Virus record (IMG/VR): IMGVR_UViG_3300037418_004082
Length of the DNA: 64,000 nucleotides
Source: a virus
Reading direction: 5' to 3' (one strand)
In this document: positions 8,699-16,553 of the stretch, in pieces
Layout: each line of letters begins with the position of its first letter
Numbering within the stretch: the first letter of the stretch is position 1
Translations under genes and position numbers: made by a program
Notes under the pieces: generated by a model
Told to the model about the DNA's origin: nothing
The model's database searches: none
What the model saw: the letters and a program-made list of their open reading frames with translations, nothing else

Positions 8699-9244
8699 GT
8701 GCCCCGTACCCTCACCAACACCACGCTCGACGGCGCCAAGAAGAAGATCCCCGACCTCGAAGTGTTCGGCGGCGACGACTGGAAGCTGCTCAACAAGGCG
8801 TCCAGCGAAGAAGAAGGCTGGATGAAGACCACCAAGGCGTACGAGATCCCCGGCGTCGGGTGCCTCGTGCAGTGCGAGACGATGCAGCGCAACGGCGACA
8901 GCGTCCAGATCGCCACCATCGACCAGGCCGACGAGAACGTGATCAAGTCGTTCCGCGATCGCGCGGAGGCCGAAGGCGGCAAGCTGGTCAACGAGCGCAA
9001 GTACGAGCACTCGTACATCAAGGGCCAGGCGCAGTCGCCGTTCTCGCCGCCGTCCAACCACCCGGAGATGCAGGGCGAGAAGGTGACGACCACGCTCGTC
9101 GAGTTGACCTTCGCCCACAAGGGCCAGTGGTGGGCGTTGTCCGGCGGCGACCCGACCTTCGTGCCCGGCGTGCGCATCGACACGCAGTACGACGCGGACG
9201 GCAAGACCGTGATCAGCCGGAAGCTCGTCAAGATCGACTCGTAA
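8699..9244 (+). CDS. Conserved phage hypothetical protein
   Basis: LLNKASSEEEGWMKTTKAYEIPGVGCLVQ...TFVPGVRID. Confidence 0.7.
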   Translation: MPRTLTNTTLDGAKKKIPDLEVFGGDDWKLLNKASSEEEGWMKTTKAYEIPGVGCLVQCETMQRNGDSVQIATIDQADENVIKSFRDRAEAEGGKLVNERKYEHSYIKGQAQSPFSPPSNHPEMQGEKVTTTLVELTFAHKGQWWALSGGDPTFVPGVRIDTQYDADGKTVISRKLVKIDS

Positions 9245-9328
9245 CCGTTTCCGTGCGGCCGCGCTGGATTCTAATCGAATCCGGGGCGGCCGTCATCGTT
9301 TTTGCAAGCCAGGGAGGATAACTAAACC

Positions 9329-9700
9329 ATGGACCCGTACCGCAGACCGACCCCGGAACTCGACCATCCCGACGAGGAGGTGAAGCCCATGCGCCCGCGC
9401 AACAAGATCCTGCAGGACACCGCCGGCCACCCGAACCACGTGATGATCGAGGTGTTGCTCGACGTCCGCGACCACCTGGCCGACGTCAAGACGCATCTCG
9501 CGCAGATCCAGGCGCGCCAGGACAAGACGCTGGAGAAGCTGGACGAGATCTACCACGAGCTGCCGCCACGCTCCGACGCCGACGACGCCATCAAGGCGAT
9601 CAAGCAACTCGCGGGCGAGGTCAGCAGCGAGCTGGAGGGTCCTCGCGCGCTGGACGTGTTCTGCAGCGCACTCCTTCGGGAAACGCCTCACGAGAACTAG
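9329..9700 (+). CDS. Hypothetical coiled-coil protein
   Basis: GGAGG upstream; helical composition. Confidence 0.7.
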   Translation: MDPYRRPTPELDHPDEEVKPMRPRNKILQDTAGHPNHVMIEVLLDVRDHLADVKTHLAQIQARQDKTLEKLDEIYHELPPRSDADDAIKAIKQLAGEVSSELEGPRALDVFCSALLRETPHEN

Positions 9701-9727
9701 GCAAAACATCAGACAAGCGGGTATAAT
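9698..9727 (+). promoter_or_regulatory. Candidate host sigma70-type promoter (TAGGCA-N18-TATAAT)
   Basis: Perfect -10 TATAAT at 9722-9727 in an intergenic gap; weak -35. Confidence 0.5.
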
Positions 9728-9773
9728 GGCCTCCGTATCGCATTCGCATCACATTCGAATGGCGGAGGCCGTC

Positions 9774-10364
9774 GTGCTGGAAGATGAAGATTGGCGAGCC
9801 CGTGCGCTCGCGGCAGAAGAACGTGCCACGTCGGCCGAAGCCAGCGTCATCAAGTTCATGCAGAGCAAGGACGAGTGGCACGCCGTTGCCATTCGTGTGA
9901 CGGGCGAACGTGACGAGGCGCGCAAGGCGTTGACGGCAGCGGAAGAAGCGAAGGCCGACGCCAACCGCTGGTGCACGCACTGGCAGACGATGGCCCACAC
10001 GTTGATGGACGTCAAGAACGACGTGCAGGGCATCTTGATCGAGTTGGTCAAGGTCAAGGACCTGAAGGACACGCAAGGCAAGACGCCGGAGTACGAGGAG
10101 CGCCAGCCCAAGGTGTGGCAGGCCGCTCGTATGCACGTGCTGTCGGCGATGCGCGACTGGCTGCGCCCCGGCGGCCCCTCGGAGTACCTGCCCCCGCCCG
10201 ACAGCTACGCCGGCCAGCTCGCGCGGATCGAAGCGGCCGCGCACACGCTGATGGACGTCATCACGAAGGCGCGCCGCGCACCCGACAACATGACCGAAGA
10301 GGAGGCGATCCAGGTGCTCGCCGAAGCCTGCGGTCGCACGTTCTACCGTCGCCCTACACCATAG
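9774..10364 (+). CDS. Hypothetical coiled-coil protein
   Basis: GTG start 5 nt after GGAGG; the ATG at 9726 overlaps the -10 box and is unlikely. Confidence 0.65.
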   Translation: MLEDEDWRARALAAEERATSAEASVIKFMQSKDEWHAVAIRVTGERDEARKALTAAEEAKADANRWCTHWQTMAHTLMDVKNDVQGILIELVKVKDLKDTQGKTPEYEERQPKVWQAARMHVLSAMRDWLRPGGPSEYLPPPDSYAGQLARIEAAAHTLMDVITKARRAPDNMTEEEAIQVLAEACGRTFYRRPTP

Positions 10365-10376
10365 GAGGACCTGCCC

Positions 10377-10643
10377 ATGTCGTTCCACCCGCGCGATCTC
10401 CTGGCCATGGGCGATACGCTCGCCCAGACCACCGGCTTGCCCAGCCAGGCCAAGCTGCAGCACCAGTTCCTGGAGGAGGCGCTGCCGCAGGCCACGCCCG
10501 ACTTCGTGTGGAAGACCACGATGAACGGGCAGAGCTGCGAGCTGACGCTGGCAGAGTGCCGTGACTACTACAAGGAGCTGTGTGAACGGCTGGAGTTGAA
10601 GCCCAAGGCTACGTGCCTGACGACGCAGGAGAACGCGGAATGA
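10377..10643 (+). CDS. Hypothetical protein
   Basis: AGGAGG SD. Confidence 0.7.
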   Translation: MSFHPRDLLAMGDTLAQTTGLPSQAKLQHQFLEEALPQATPDFVWKTTMNGQSCELTLAECRDYYKELCERLELKPKATCLTTQENAE

Positions 10644-11107
10644 ACGCGCAAGAATGGGAAGACGAGAGCAACCGCGTGCTGCTGATCCTGCGGCCGCACA
10701 TGACGGATCGTCAACGAGACCACGTGAACGACTTCATCGACGAGGTGAAGGCGGAGCTGACGAAGCAGCCGCTCAACAAGACGTGGAAGGAAACGGCCGA
10801 CCACTTCCACACGTTGTTCGCTCGCGAGAACAAGCCGCGCTTCAAGGCCACGAACACGTTGAACGTCGTGTTCCAGTTCATGGGCTTCGCGCAGCGTTGG
10901 GTGCCGCCGTCGGACCTGACCATCGAGAGTGCGCCCAACCGGCGCACGCACCGCTTCGAGGTGGAGATCGAGGCGTCGCTGCGTGGCGGCGGTCCGACGG
11001 GTGACCAGCGGCCCACGAAGGAGCAGATCCAGAACGTGGCCTACAACAAGCTCAAGGCCAGCATCGGGCTGACCGACATCGAGTTCGTCAAGGTGACGGT
11101 GCTCTGA
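10640..11107 (+). CDS. Hypothetical protein
   Basis: ATGA overlap with upstream gene. Confidence 0.7.
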   Translation: MNAQEWEDESNRVLLILRPHMTDRQRDHVNDFIDEVKAELTKQPLNKTWKETADHFHTLFARENKPRFKATNTLNVVFQFMGFAQRWVPPSDLTIESAPNRRTHRFEVEIEASLRGGGPTGDQRPTKEQIQNVAYNKLKASIGLTDIEFVKVTVL

Positions 11108-11379
11108 TGCCGATCGACGGCTGGCACCTGTGCCTGGACAAGCTGCAGCACCCCGACGACCAGCAAGACGCCCGGCTCGCACTGGCGCGCGAGCTGGTCC
11201 CGCTCGCCGACCAGATCCTGTGCGCCAAGATGACGCTCCGGGAGAAGGTCAAGGCGCGCGAGGACGCGGAAGCGGCATACAAGACGGCGTGCGACGAGGA
11301 GGCCGCCGCGCAGTCACGCTTGCTGACGCTGCAGACCGCATACGACAACCGCGTGAAGGCCGGGGTGATCGCGCCGTGA
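11107..11379 (+). CDS. Hypothetical coiled-coil protein
   Basis: TGATG coupling. Confidence 0.65.
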   Translation: MPIDGWHLCLDKLQHPDDQQDARLALARELVPLADQILCAKMTLREKVKAREDAEAAYKTACDEEAAAQSRLLTLQTAYDNRVKAGVIAP

Positions 11380-11627
11380 AGAAGCTGCGGCGCGTCTGGC
11401 GCAACGTGCGAGCGCTGTGGGTCCACTGCCCCAGCCTGCGCCTGCCGATGGTCGTGTGCGTGCTCGCGTGGGTGGCCCTCATCGTGCTGGGCGCTCGACT
11501 TGGCGTGGACTTCGTCAAGATGTGGGTCGCCTGCCCCGACCTGCACGTACAGATGACGTTCGGCGCCATCGCACTCGTAACCTTCGAGGTCTGGTTCTTT
11601 CGTTGGGCGTTGCGCAAGGAGAAGTAG
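11376..11627 (+). CDS. Small 2-TM membrane protein
   Basis: GTGA overlap; two hydrophobic segments. Confidence 0.6.
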   Translation: MKKLRRVWRNVRALWVHCPSLRLPMVVCVLAWVALIVLGARLGVDFVKMWVACPDLHVQMTFGAIALVTFEVWFFRWALRKEK

Positions 11628-11630
11628 CAC

Positions 11631-12872
11631 GTGGTCCTGTCGGTCATCAACCAGCTCGAACAAACCAGCGGCAACGCGCGCATCGAAGCTTTGCGTGCTG
11701 GTGACAGCGAGCTGTTACGCACGATCCTCTTGTACACGTACAATCCGCGTTGGACGTACGGCATCAAGCAGGTGCCGGAGTGGTCGTGTCACGACGAGCG
11801 CTGCGGCCACAACCTGACGATCGAGCAGTGGCTCCGACTGTTGGACCGCCTGGCCGCCCGGGAGCTTACGGGCCACGCGGCCCAGCAGGCGGTGGCTGCT
11901 GCTCTCCACGGGCTGGCGCACGTCGGTGGACCTCGCCTGGTCGATCTGTGCACGCGGGTGCTGCTGCGCGACCTTCGCGTGGGGCTCAACACCAAGAGCA
12001 TCAACAAGGTCTTCCCGGACCTCGTGCCCGTCCACCAGATGATGCTCGCGCAGCCCTACGAGGAGAAGCGCCTGGGCGATGACGAGTTCTTCATCATCGA
12101 CTGGAAGAACGACGGCTTCCGGTGCGAGGTGAAGGCCGACGCGCACGACGTCGAGCTGCTCACGCGCAACGGCAACATCATCAAGGGCTTCGACCAGGTG
12201 CGCTTCGGCGTGCAGGAGCTGGTCAAGGTCGTCGGCGGGGACTTGAACCTCGACGGCGAGCTGATGGTGCCGATGTTCGTGGACGAGGACGAGGGCGTGG
12301 ATCGCGCGGCCGCGATGCCGAACGTGCCCCTCGTGCTGTTCGACCTCATCAGCACGAACGCGGTGACGGAGATGAACGAGAGCACGCCGCTGCACCGCCG
12401 CCTCGCGTTCATGCAGAAGTACGTCAATCTCGTCGCCAACCCGTTCGTGCACCACTCGCCCGCGTACGTGTCGAACAACCGATCGCACATCGACATCTAC
12501 TTCCGTCACGTGCTCGACCAGGGCGGCGAGGGCGTGATGGTCAAGCGGTACGCGTCGCCGTACGTGCGCAAGCGCAGCTACGACTGGATGAAGTACAAGC
12601 CCACGAAGGACATCGACCTCGTCATCCACGGCTGGTTCGAGGGCGAGAAGGGCAAGAAGTTCGAGGGCACGTTGGGCGGCTTCCTCGTGATGCACGGGGA
12701 CGTCGAGGTGCGCGTGCCACCCGGCAAGGGCATCAAGGACAAGAAGCGCCACGAGCTGTGGGAGAAGCGCGAAGCGTGCGTCGGCCAGACGCTGGAGATC
12801 CAGTACCTGGAGGAGACGCCCGACGGAAGCTTGCGCCACCCGCGTTTCGTCCGTCTGCGAGCAAACAAGTAG
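11631..12872 (+). CDS. lig: ATP-dependent DNA ligase
   Basis: Motif I WKNDGFRC, III LDGEL, IIIa LFDLI, IV GEGVMVK, V WMKYKP; C-terminal OB fold with SLRHPRF. Confidence 0.95.
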   Translation: MVLSVINQLEQTSGNARIEALRAGDSELLRTILLYTYNPRWTYGIKQVPEWSCHDERCGHNLTIEQWLRLLDRLAARELTGHAAQQAVAAALHGLAHVGGPRLVDLCTRVLLRDLRVGLNTKSINKVFPDLVPVHQMMLAQPYEEKRLGDDEFFIIDWKNDGFRCEVKADAHDVELLTRNGNIIKGFDQVRFGVQELVKVVGGDLNLDGELMVPMFVDEDEGVDRAAAMPNVPLVLFDLISTNAVTEMNESTPLHRRLAFMQKYVNLVANPFVHHSPAYVSNNRSHIDIYFRHVLDQGGEGVMVKRYASPYVRKRSYDWMKYKPTKDIDLVIHGWFEGEKGKKFEGTLGGFLVMHGDVEVRVPPGKGIKDKKRHELWEKREACVGQTLEIQYLEETPDGSLRHPRFVRLRANK

Positions 12873-12879
12873 GCGAGCT

Positions 12880-12887
12880 GATAATCC
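12880..12887 (+). promoter_or_regulatory. GATAATCC candidate phage promoter
   Basis: Intergenic, upstream of the SD of gene 12906. Confidence 0.55.
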
Positions 12888-12905
12888 AACCGGAGGGCTA
12901 AGACC

Positions 12906-13739
12906 GTGTTGGATCAACTCAAGGCCGATACCCAGGCCGTCGTCGCGGGGTTGCGTAACGACCTCAAGACCACGCAGACGCAGCTCGACGAGGTTCGCAA
13001 GTTGACGCGCGAGACGCTGGAGCGGATGTACTTCTACGCCGGCAAGGCGAAGGACGCGGAGGATCGCAACGTCGTCCTGACGGCGCGCATCCGCGAGCTG
13101 GAGGACGAGCTGGTCAGGCTGCGCCCCACCGTGGAGGTGAGCAAGCCCAAGGAGCCCGTCGTCCCCGTGGCAGAGCTGCGCACGCCGCAGACGCTGCCGG
13201 TGAAGGTCCTCACGAAGTGCGCCAACTGCCCGGCGCAGTTCGAGCGCGGCCACGGCTACTGGGGCGCCTTGTGCAACGACTGCCGGGCGACCGTCAAGCC
13301 GGCACTGGAGGCCAAGAAGGCGGGAAAAGCGTCGAGCGACGCGGCACCTGGTGGTGAGAAGCCGGCGCCTAAACCCAAGCAAGCCAAGCCGGCCGACAAG
13401 CAGCCACAAGCACCAGCTTACACCAGCACGCGCGGCCTGGTCAAGTGCGTGAGCTGCTCGAACAACAAGGTGGACTTCGAGAAGGAAGGCCCGCGCTGCC
13501 GGGCGTGTCGCGAAGACATGGCTCCGGCCAACCCGCTGCCCAAGCGCACCGGCGCGATCGTCGCGGCCTACGCGGACAAGCCGGCCTGCGCGTCCTGCAA
13601 ACATGCCCAGAAGTGCCCGTACTGCAAGGTTCCAACGGGCAAGCCGTGCGAACACCTGGAGCTGGGCTTCATCTGCGGCTTGTCGAAGGCGAACGCTTGC
13701 GTGCCGACGGTCTTCGGCCACCTGCGCGAGCCGTCGTAG
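12906..13739 (+). CDS. Coiled-coil plus multi zinc-finger protein
   Basis: N-terminal heptads; several CxxC pairs. Confidence 0.75.
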   Translation: MLDQLKADTQAVVAGLRNDLKTTQTQLDEVRKLTRETLERMYFYAGKAKDAEDRNVVLTARIRELEDELVRLRPTVEVSKPKEPVVPVAELRTPQTLPVKVLTKCANCPAQFERGHGYWGALCNDCRATVKPALEAKKAGKASSDAAPGGEKPAPKPKQAKPADKQPQAPAYTSTRGLVKCVSCSNNKVDFEKEGPRCRACREDMAPANPLPKRTGAIVAAYADKPACASCKHAQKCPYCKVPTGKPCEHLELGFICGLSKANACVPTVFGHLREPS

Positions 13740-13764
13740 TTGGAGCACTTCACGAACCGTAACA

Positions 13765-13772
13765 GATAATTC
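13765..13772 (+). promoter_or_regulatory. GATAATTC candidate phage promoter
   Basis: Intergenic. Confidence 0.55.
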
Positions 13773-13818
13773 AACCAGTCCGTGTGACGTTTCGTGCGCA
13801 CACGAAAGCGAGGCTGGT

Positions 13819-13956
13819 ATGCCACAACTGAACGGCGAACCCGACCGGTTAACGTGGCGCGAGTTCGCGTTGGTGCTCTTGTGTTTGCTCGTGTGCCTGA
13901 CATCCGAATGCAATCGCGTGCCACCTCCCGTGTACTATTCGCCCTACGAACGATGA
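13819..13956 (+). CDS. 45-aa small membrane protein
   Basis: GAGG SD; FALVLLCLLVCL. Confidence 0.45.
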   Translation: MPQLNGEPDRLTWREFALVLLCLLVCLTSECNRVPPPVYYSPYER

Positions 13957-13967
13957 AGGAGACGTAA

Positions 13968-14522
13968 ATGAAACGCTGGATGACGTACTTGCTGTTGGCA
14001 CTGATGGTGCTGCTGTCGTTGACGCCGCTCGCGCAGTCGAAGACCACGCGTGAGCCCGTGCAGAAATTGATCCACGCCACGATCACGGACGTACACGACG
14101 GCGACACCGTCACGGCGCTGGTCGATCCATTGACCGTGCTGCACGTACGTTTGTTGGGTATCGACGCACCGGAGCTGAAGCAGGCGCCCTGGGGCGTGAA
14201 GTCGCGCGACACCTTGAAGGCCCTCGTGATGGGCAAGCTCGTGGCGATCATCGTGATGGACGCGGACCACCCGACCGACGTGTACGGCCGCACGCTGGCC
14301 TACCTGTGGGTCGGCAGCACCATGGTGCAGGAGCAGCTCGTGCTCGCGGGCATGGCCCAGACGAAGTTGTACGGCAAGGCGCCCAAGGACTTCCAGCGCC
14401 TGGTGGCGGCGGAAGCGATGGCGAAGGCAGCGCACGCGGGCTTGTGGAGCGACGAGGCGTTCATCGCGCCGTCGGACTGGCGCAAGCAGCACCATGTTGG
14501 GAAAGCCGGCGCCGGGAGATAA
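13968..14522 (+). CDS. Secreted thermonuclease (SNase-like)
   Basis: Signal peptide; VHDGDTV, VRLLGIDAPE, DVYGRTLAY, LVLAGMA, AKAAHAGLWS. Confidence 0.95.
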   Translation: MKRWMTYLLLALMVLLSLTPLAQSKTTREPVQKLIHATITDVHDGDTVTALVDPLTVLHVRLLGIDAPELKQAPWGVKSRDTLKALVMGKLVAIIVMDADHPTDVYGRTLAYLWVGSTMVQEQLVLAGMAQTKLYGKAPKDFQRLVAAEAMAKAAHAGLWSDEAFIAPSDWRKQHHVGKAGAGR

Positions 14523-14525
14523 TCC
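14518..14525 (+). promoter_or_regulatory. GATAATCC candidate promoter heading the RNA-gene island
   Basis: Overlaps the nuclease stop codon. Confidence 0.55.
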
Positions 14526-14822
14526 AGGTATGAGCGCTCAACGCGTTTGAATAGCCGAAAGGCGCGGGGAGGCGGTAGTGGTGCACCGCCCGTCTTCCTG
14601 TCTCTGGGGGCTTGACGCAGAGTGCCGCCGCAGCGTAGTCTGCACGTAGGTGATGATAGCCGGCCTGCCTGCCGGAGGGAGCCTTGGGTCGTCGGGTCGA
14701 AGCGCGCGAGCGTGATGGGACCAACCGCGTGGGGGACGGCCGCACCTGGCGGGGTCGGTGTCCACGTGAACCGCTGCGAGCGCGAGGCGCGGCTCTTGGG
14801 CAAGGCCGAACGTGCTTTTCTC

Positions 14823-14914
14823 GGCGAAGCAAGCTGCAGTGCGCCACGCCGGAGGTGGCAGGCTCCCGTTCCAGGAGCCCGGGAAACCCGCAGGTTCGAC
14901 TCCTGCCTTCGCCA
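14823..14914 (+). ncRNA. Atypical tRNA-like RNA A
   Basis: Perfect acceptor GGCGAAG/CTTCGCC+A; T arm GCAGG-TTCGACT-CCTGC; arm GGCTCC-CGTTCCA-GGAGCC (no U33); variable hairpin; 31-nt D region. Confidence 0.65.
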
Positions 14915-14950
14915 CTTGACGAACGCGATGGTCGTCTGCTAAAGTAGCTC

Positions 14951-15022
14951 CGCGCTGTAGAGCAGTGGCAGCTCGCGTGGCTCATAACCACGAGGTCGTC
15001 GGTTCAAGTCCGATCAGCGCAA
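14951..15022 (+). tRNA. Initiator tRNA-fMet (CAT)
   Basis: Full cloverleaf; C1:A72 mismatch, A11:U24, anticodon loop CTCATAA; CCA not encoded. Confidence 0.93.
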
Positions 15023-15097
15023 CTTGCCGGGCCGCTTGGCGTGGGTTACCGTTTTGGACAGTGATCCCCACGTCGAACTTTTGTCTGGCAAACCTCT

Positions 15098-15156
15098 GGG
15101 GGTGGGAGTGAATCCGGCTGCTAAAGCGGCCCCGGGAGTAGCACCCGGTTCCCCCT
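15098..15156 (+). ncRNA. Minimal tRNA-like element B (59 nt)
   Basis: GGGGG/CCCCC closing stem; hairpin GGCTGC-TAAA-GCGGCC; T-arm-like CCGGG-AGTAGCA-CCCGG. Confidence 0.35.
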
Positions 15157-15161
15157 TCAAC

Positions 15162-15289
15162 GTAAGCACTAGCTACAAGCCGTGTCGCGAGGCACGGACA
15201 CCGCCCGGGTGACCGGGGTTCACGGTGGGCAGAGCGACTTGAGGGGCAACCCTCTTGCGGGTTCCCGGTTCGAGCCCGGGGTGCGTACA
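15162..15289 (+). ncRNA. tRNA-like RNA C: acceptor plus T arm enclosing three GNRA hairpins
   Basis: GTAAGCAC/GTGCGTAC+A; TAGC after the acceptor; T arm CCCGG-TTCGAGC-CCGGG; GCGA, GTGA and GCAA loops. Confidence 0.6.
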
Positions 15290-15290
15290 G

Positions 15291-15362
15291 GCTCCTCTAG
15301 CTCAACGGTAGAGCGCTCGCCTGATAAGCGGGAGGCACCAGGGTCAGTACCTGGGTGGAGCA
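15291..15362 (+). tRNA. tRNA-Ile (GAT) with degenerate T loop
   Basis: D arm GCTC-AACGGTA-GAGC; anticodon loop CTGATAA; T loop GTCAGTA; one acceptor mismatch. Confidence 0.8.
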
Positions 15363-15364
15363 CT

Positions 15365-15468
15365 GCCAAGCCGAACGTACGGACCGCGACCGCAAGGCGT
15401 AGGGACGTCGGACGTGACCCGACCCGCAAGGGCGGGGGTAGGTTAAAGAAGTCCTGCCGGCGGCACCA
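15365..15468 (+). ncRNA. tRNA-like RNA D ending in an encoded ACCA
   Basis: GCC(AA)GCCG/CGGCGGC+A+CCA; GTAGG-10nt-CCTGC arm; GTCGG-ACGTGAC-CCGAC arm; two GCAA tetraloops. Confidence 0.55.
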
Positions 15469-15503
15469 ACTTCGGGTTCCGTAACCATCCTGCACTCACG
15501 GCG

Positions 15504-15511
15504 GATAATCC
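15504..15511 (+). promoter_or_regulatory. GATAATCC candidate phage promoter
   Basis: Intergenic, upstream of gene 15531. Confidence 0.55.
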
Positions 15512-15530
15512 TCTTAGAGGGTTGCCCGCC

Positions 15531-15884
15531 GTGAGTGTTTCTGTTACGCCACACGCCATCCAGCGCTACATCGAGCGCGCGTTCAACACGTCGCCCGACG
15601 CGGCGGCCAAGTTGATCATGAACTGCGTGCTCATGGCCAAGGGCCGCAAGAAGCGTGGCCGGGACATGCTGATCCGGCGCGTGCGCATCCTGGACGGCCG
15701 GGGCGTCGAGCACTTCTACCTGAAGTTCGTCACGCCCCAGCGCAAGCGCGTGTACCTCGCGGTGGACGCCCGGCTGTCGATCGTCTACACCGTGCTGACG
15801 CTGGAGATGTTCAAGGATCTGATCGGATCGCCCAGGCCGCGCACCGCGAAACGTCGTGACGACGCGGAGTTAAGCGACGATTAA
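15531..15884 (+). CDS. Hypothetical protein (HAxxRxxER motif, possible BECR-fold nuclease-like)
   Basis: VTPHAIQRYIER. Confidence 0.6.
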   Translation: MSVSVTPHAIQRYIERAFNTSPDAAAKLIMNCVLMAKGRKKRGRDMLIRRVRILDGRGVEHFYLKFVTPQRKRVYLAVDARLSIVYTVLTLEMFKDLIGSPRPRTAKRRDDAELSDD

Positions 15885-15916
15885 TATTACGTTACAAGAA
15901 AGTTATCCAAAACCCG

Positions 15917-15946
15917 TTGACGGATCGGGAGCGGTCGCGGTAACGT
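15917..15946 (+). promoter_or_regulatory. Candidate host sigma70-type promoter TTGACG-N18-TAACGT
   Basis: Good -35 preceded by an AT-rich UP-like tract (15881-15912). Confidence 0.45.
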
Positions 15947-15949
15947 ATG

Positions 15950-16470
15950 AGAGTCCCGGTTGGGACGACGCTCTGCTCCCGGTTGTGTCGGGTGCGCTGC
16001 ACGGTTTCCTCCTCTGGTGAGCTTGCCGCCTTCGATGGTAGTAGCTACCCGGCGAAAGGAGCCCAACGTGCGCCCTCCATGACCCCGACGAACGTCGAGT
16101 CCACCCTCCCGGAACTCGATCGGTTCTCCGAACCCTCCCCTGGGTTCGCGCCGACGGAACGATGCTCTCGGCTCTCCTGCTTCGGCGGGGCCCAGAATCG
16201 GGAGCTATCCGCTTCACTCGCCCACGTGTGGTGCCTGGCAGCAATGCCTACTCCGTGCAAAGCTCGTGACGCGCGAGATGTCGTTCTGGCCCAGGTCCTG
16301 GTGTCGCGGCCAGGTTCCGTGCTTCCTCGTGTTGCAGGCTCGACGGCGATTAAAAGGCTGCTACCTCCGAACGCGGCATCCGGTGCTGCTGGCCCTCGTG
16401 GTCCGCGCGCCCACCGCAGGCAATCGCCAACCGACCCCCGTCGAGCCTCGTGCCCGGCGGGGTGTTTCGT
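15950..16470 (+). ncRNA. Candidate large structured non-coding RNA
   Basis: No ORF with native codon usage; cUUCGg loop (16181), GGCA-GCAA-TGCC, perfect 11-bp long-range stem 16336-16346/16438-16448. Confidence 0.45.
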
Positions 16471-16523
16471 TTGTGACGCTTCGTTACAAGTTCGAAATGT
16501 GACGGTTCATAAAGCTTGTCTGA

Positions 16524-16532
16524 TGATATACT
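16524..16532 (+). promoter_or_regulatory. Extended -10 promoter TG-A-TATACT inside an imperfect palindrome
   Basis: TCTGATGA-TATAC-TCGTCAGA; SD AAGGAGG follows. Confidence 0.45.
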
Positions 16533-16553
16533 CGTCAGAAGGAGGGCCGTCGC

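Noticed and set aside
14561-14914. tmRNA (about 354 nt from GGCGCGG to a T arm and acceptor; a frame ending AAAA-stop at 14636)
   Set aside because: No G3.U70 pair, no tmRNA 5' consensus, and the 3' acceptor strand pairs perfectly with the local GGCGAAG at 14823.
15990-16020. RNase P RNA on the minus strand (GAGGAGGAAAC resembles the P4 5' strand)
   Set aside because: The rest would overlap gene 15531-15884, and no matching 3' P4 consensus was found.
16067-16470. Group II intron (GTGCG start) or group I intron
   Set aside because: No domain V or P7 consensus, no interrupted gene and no intron-encoded ORF.
15890-16490. 9-bp direct repeat CGTTACAAG flanking the ncRNA candidate, as a target-site duplication or att site
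   Set aside because: Only 9 bp and no transposase or integrase nearby; could be an operator but is unsupported.
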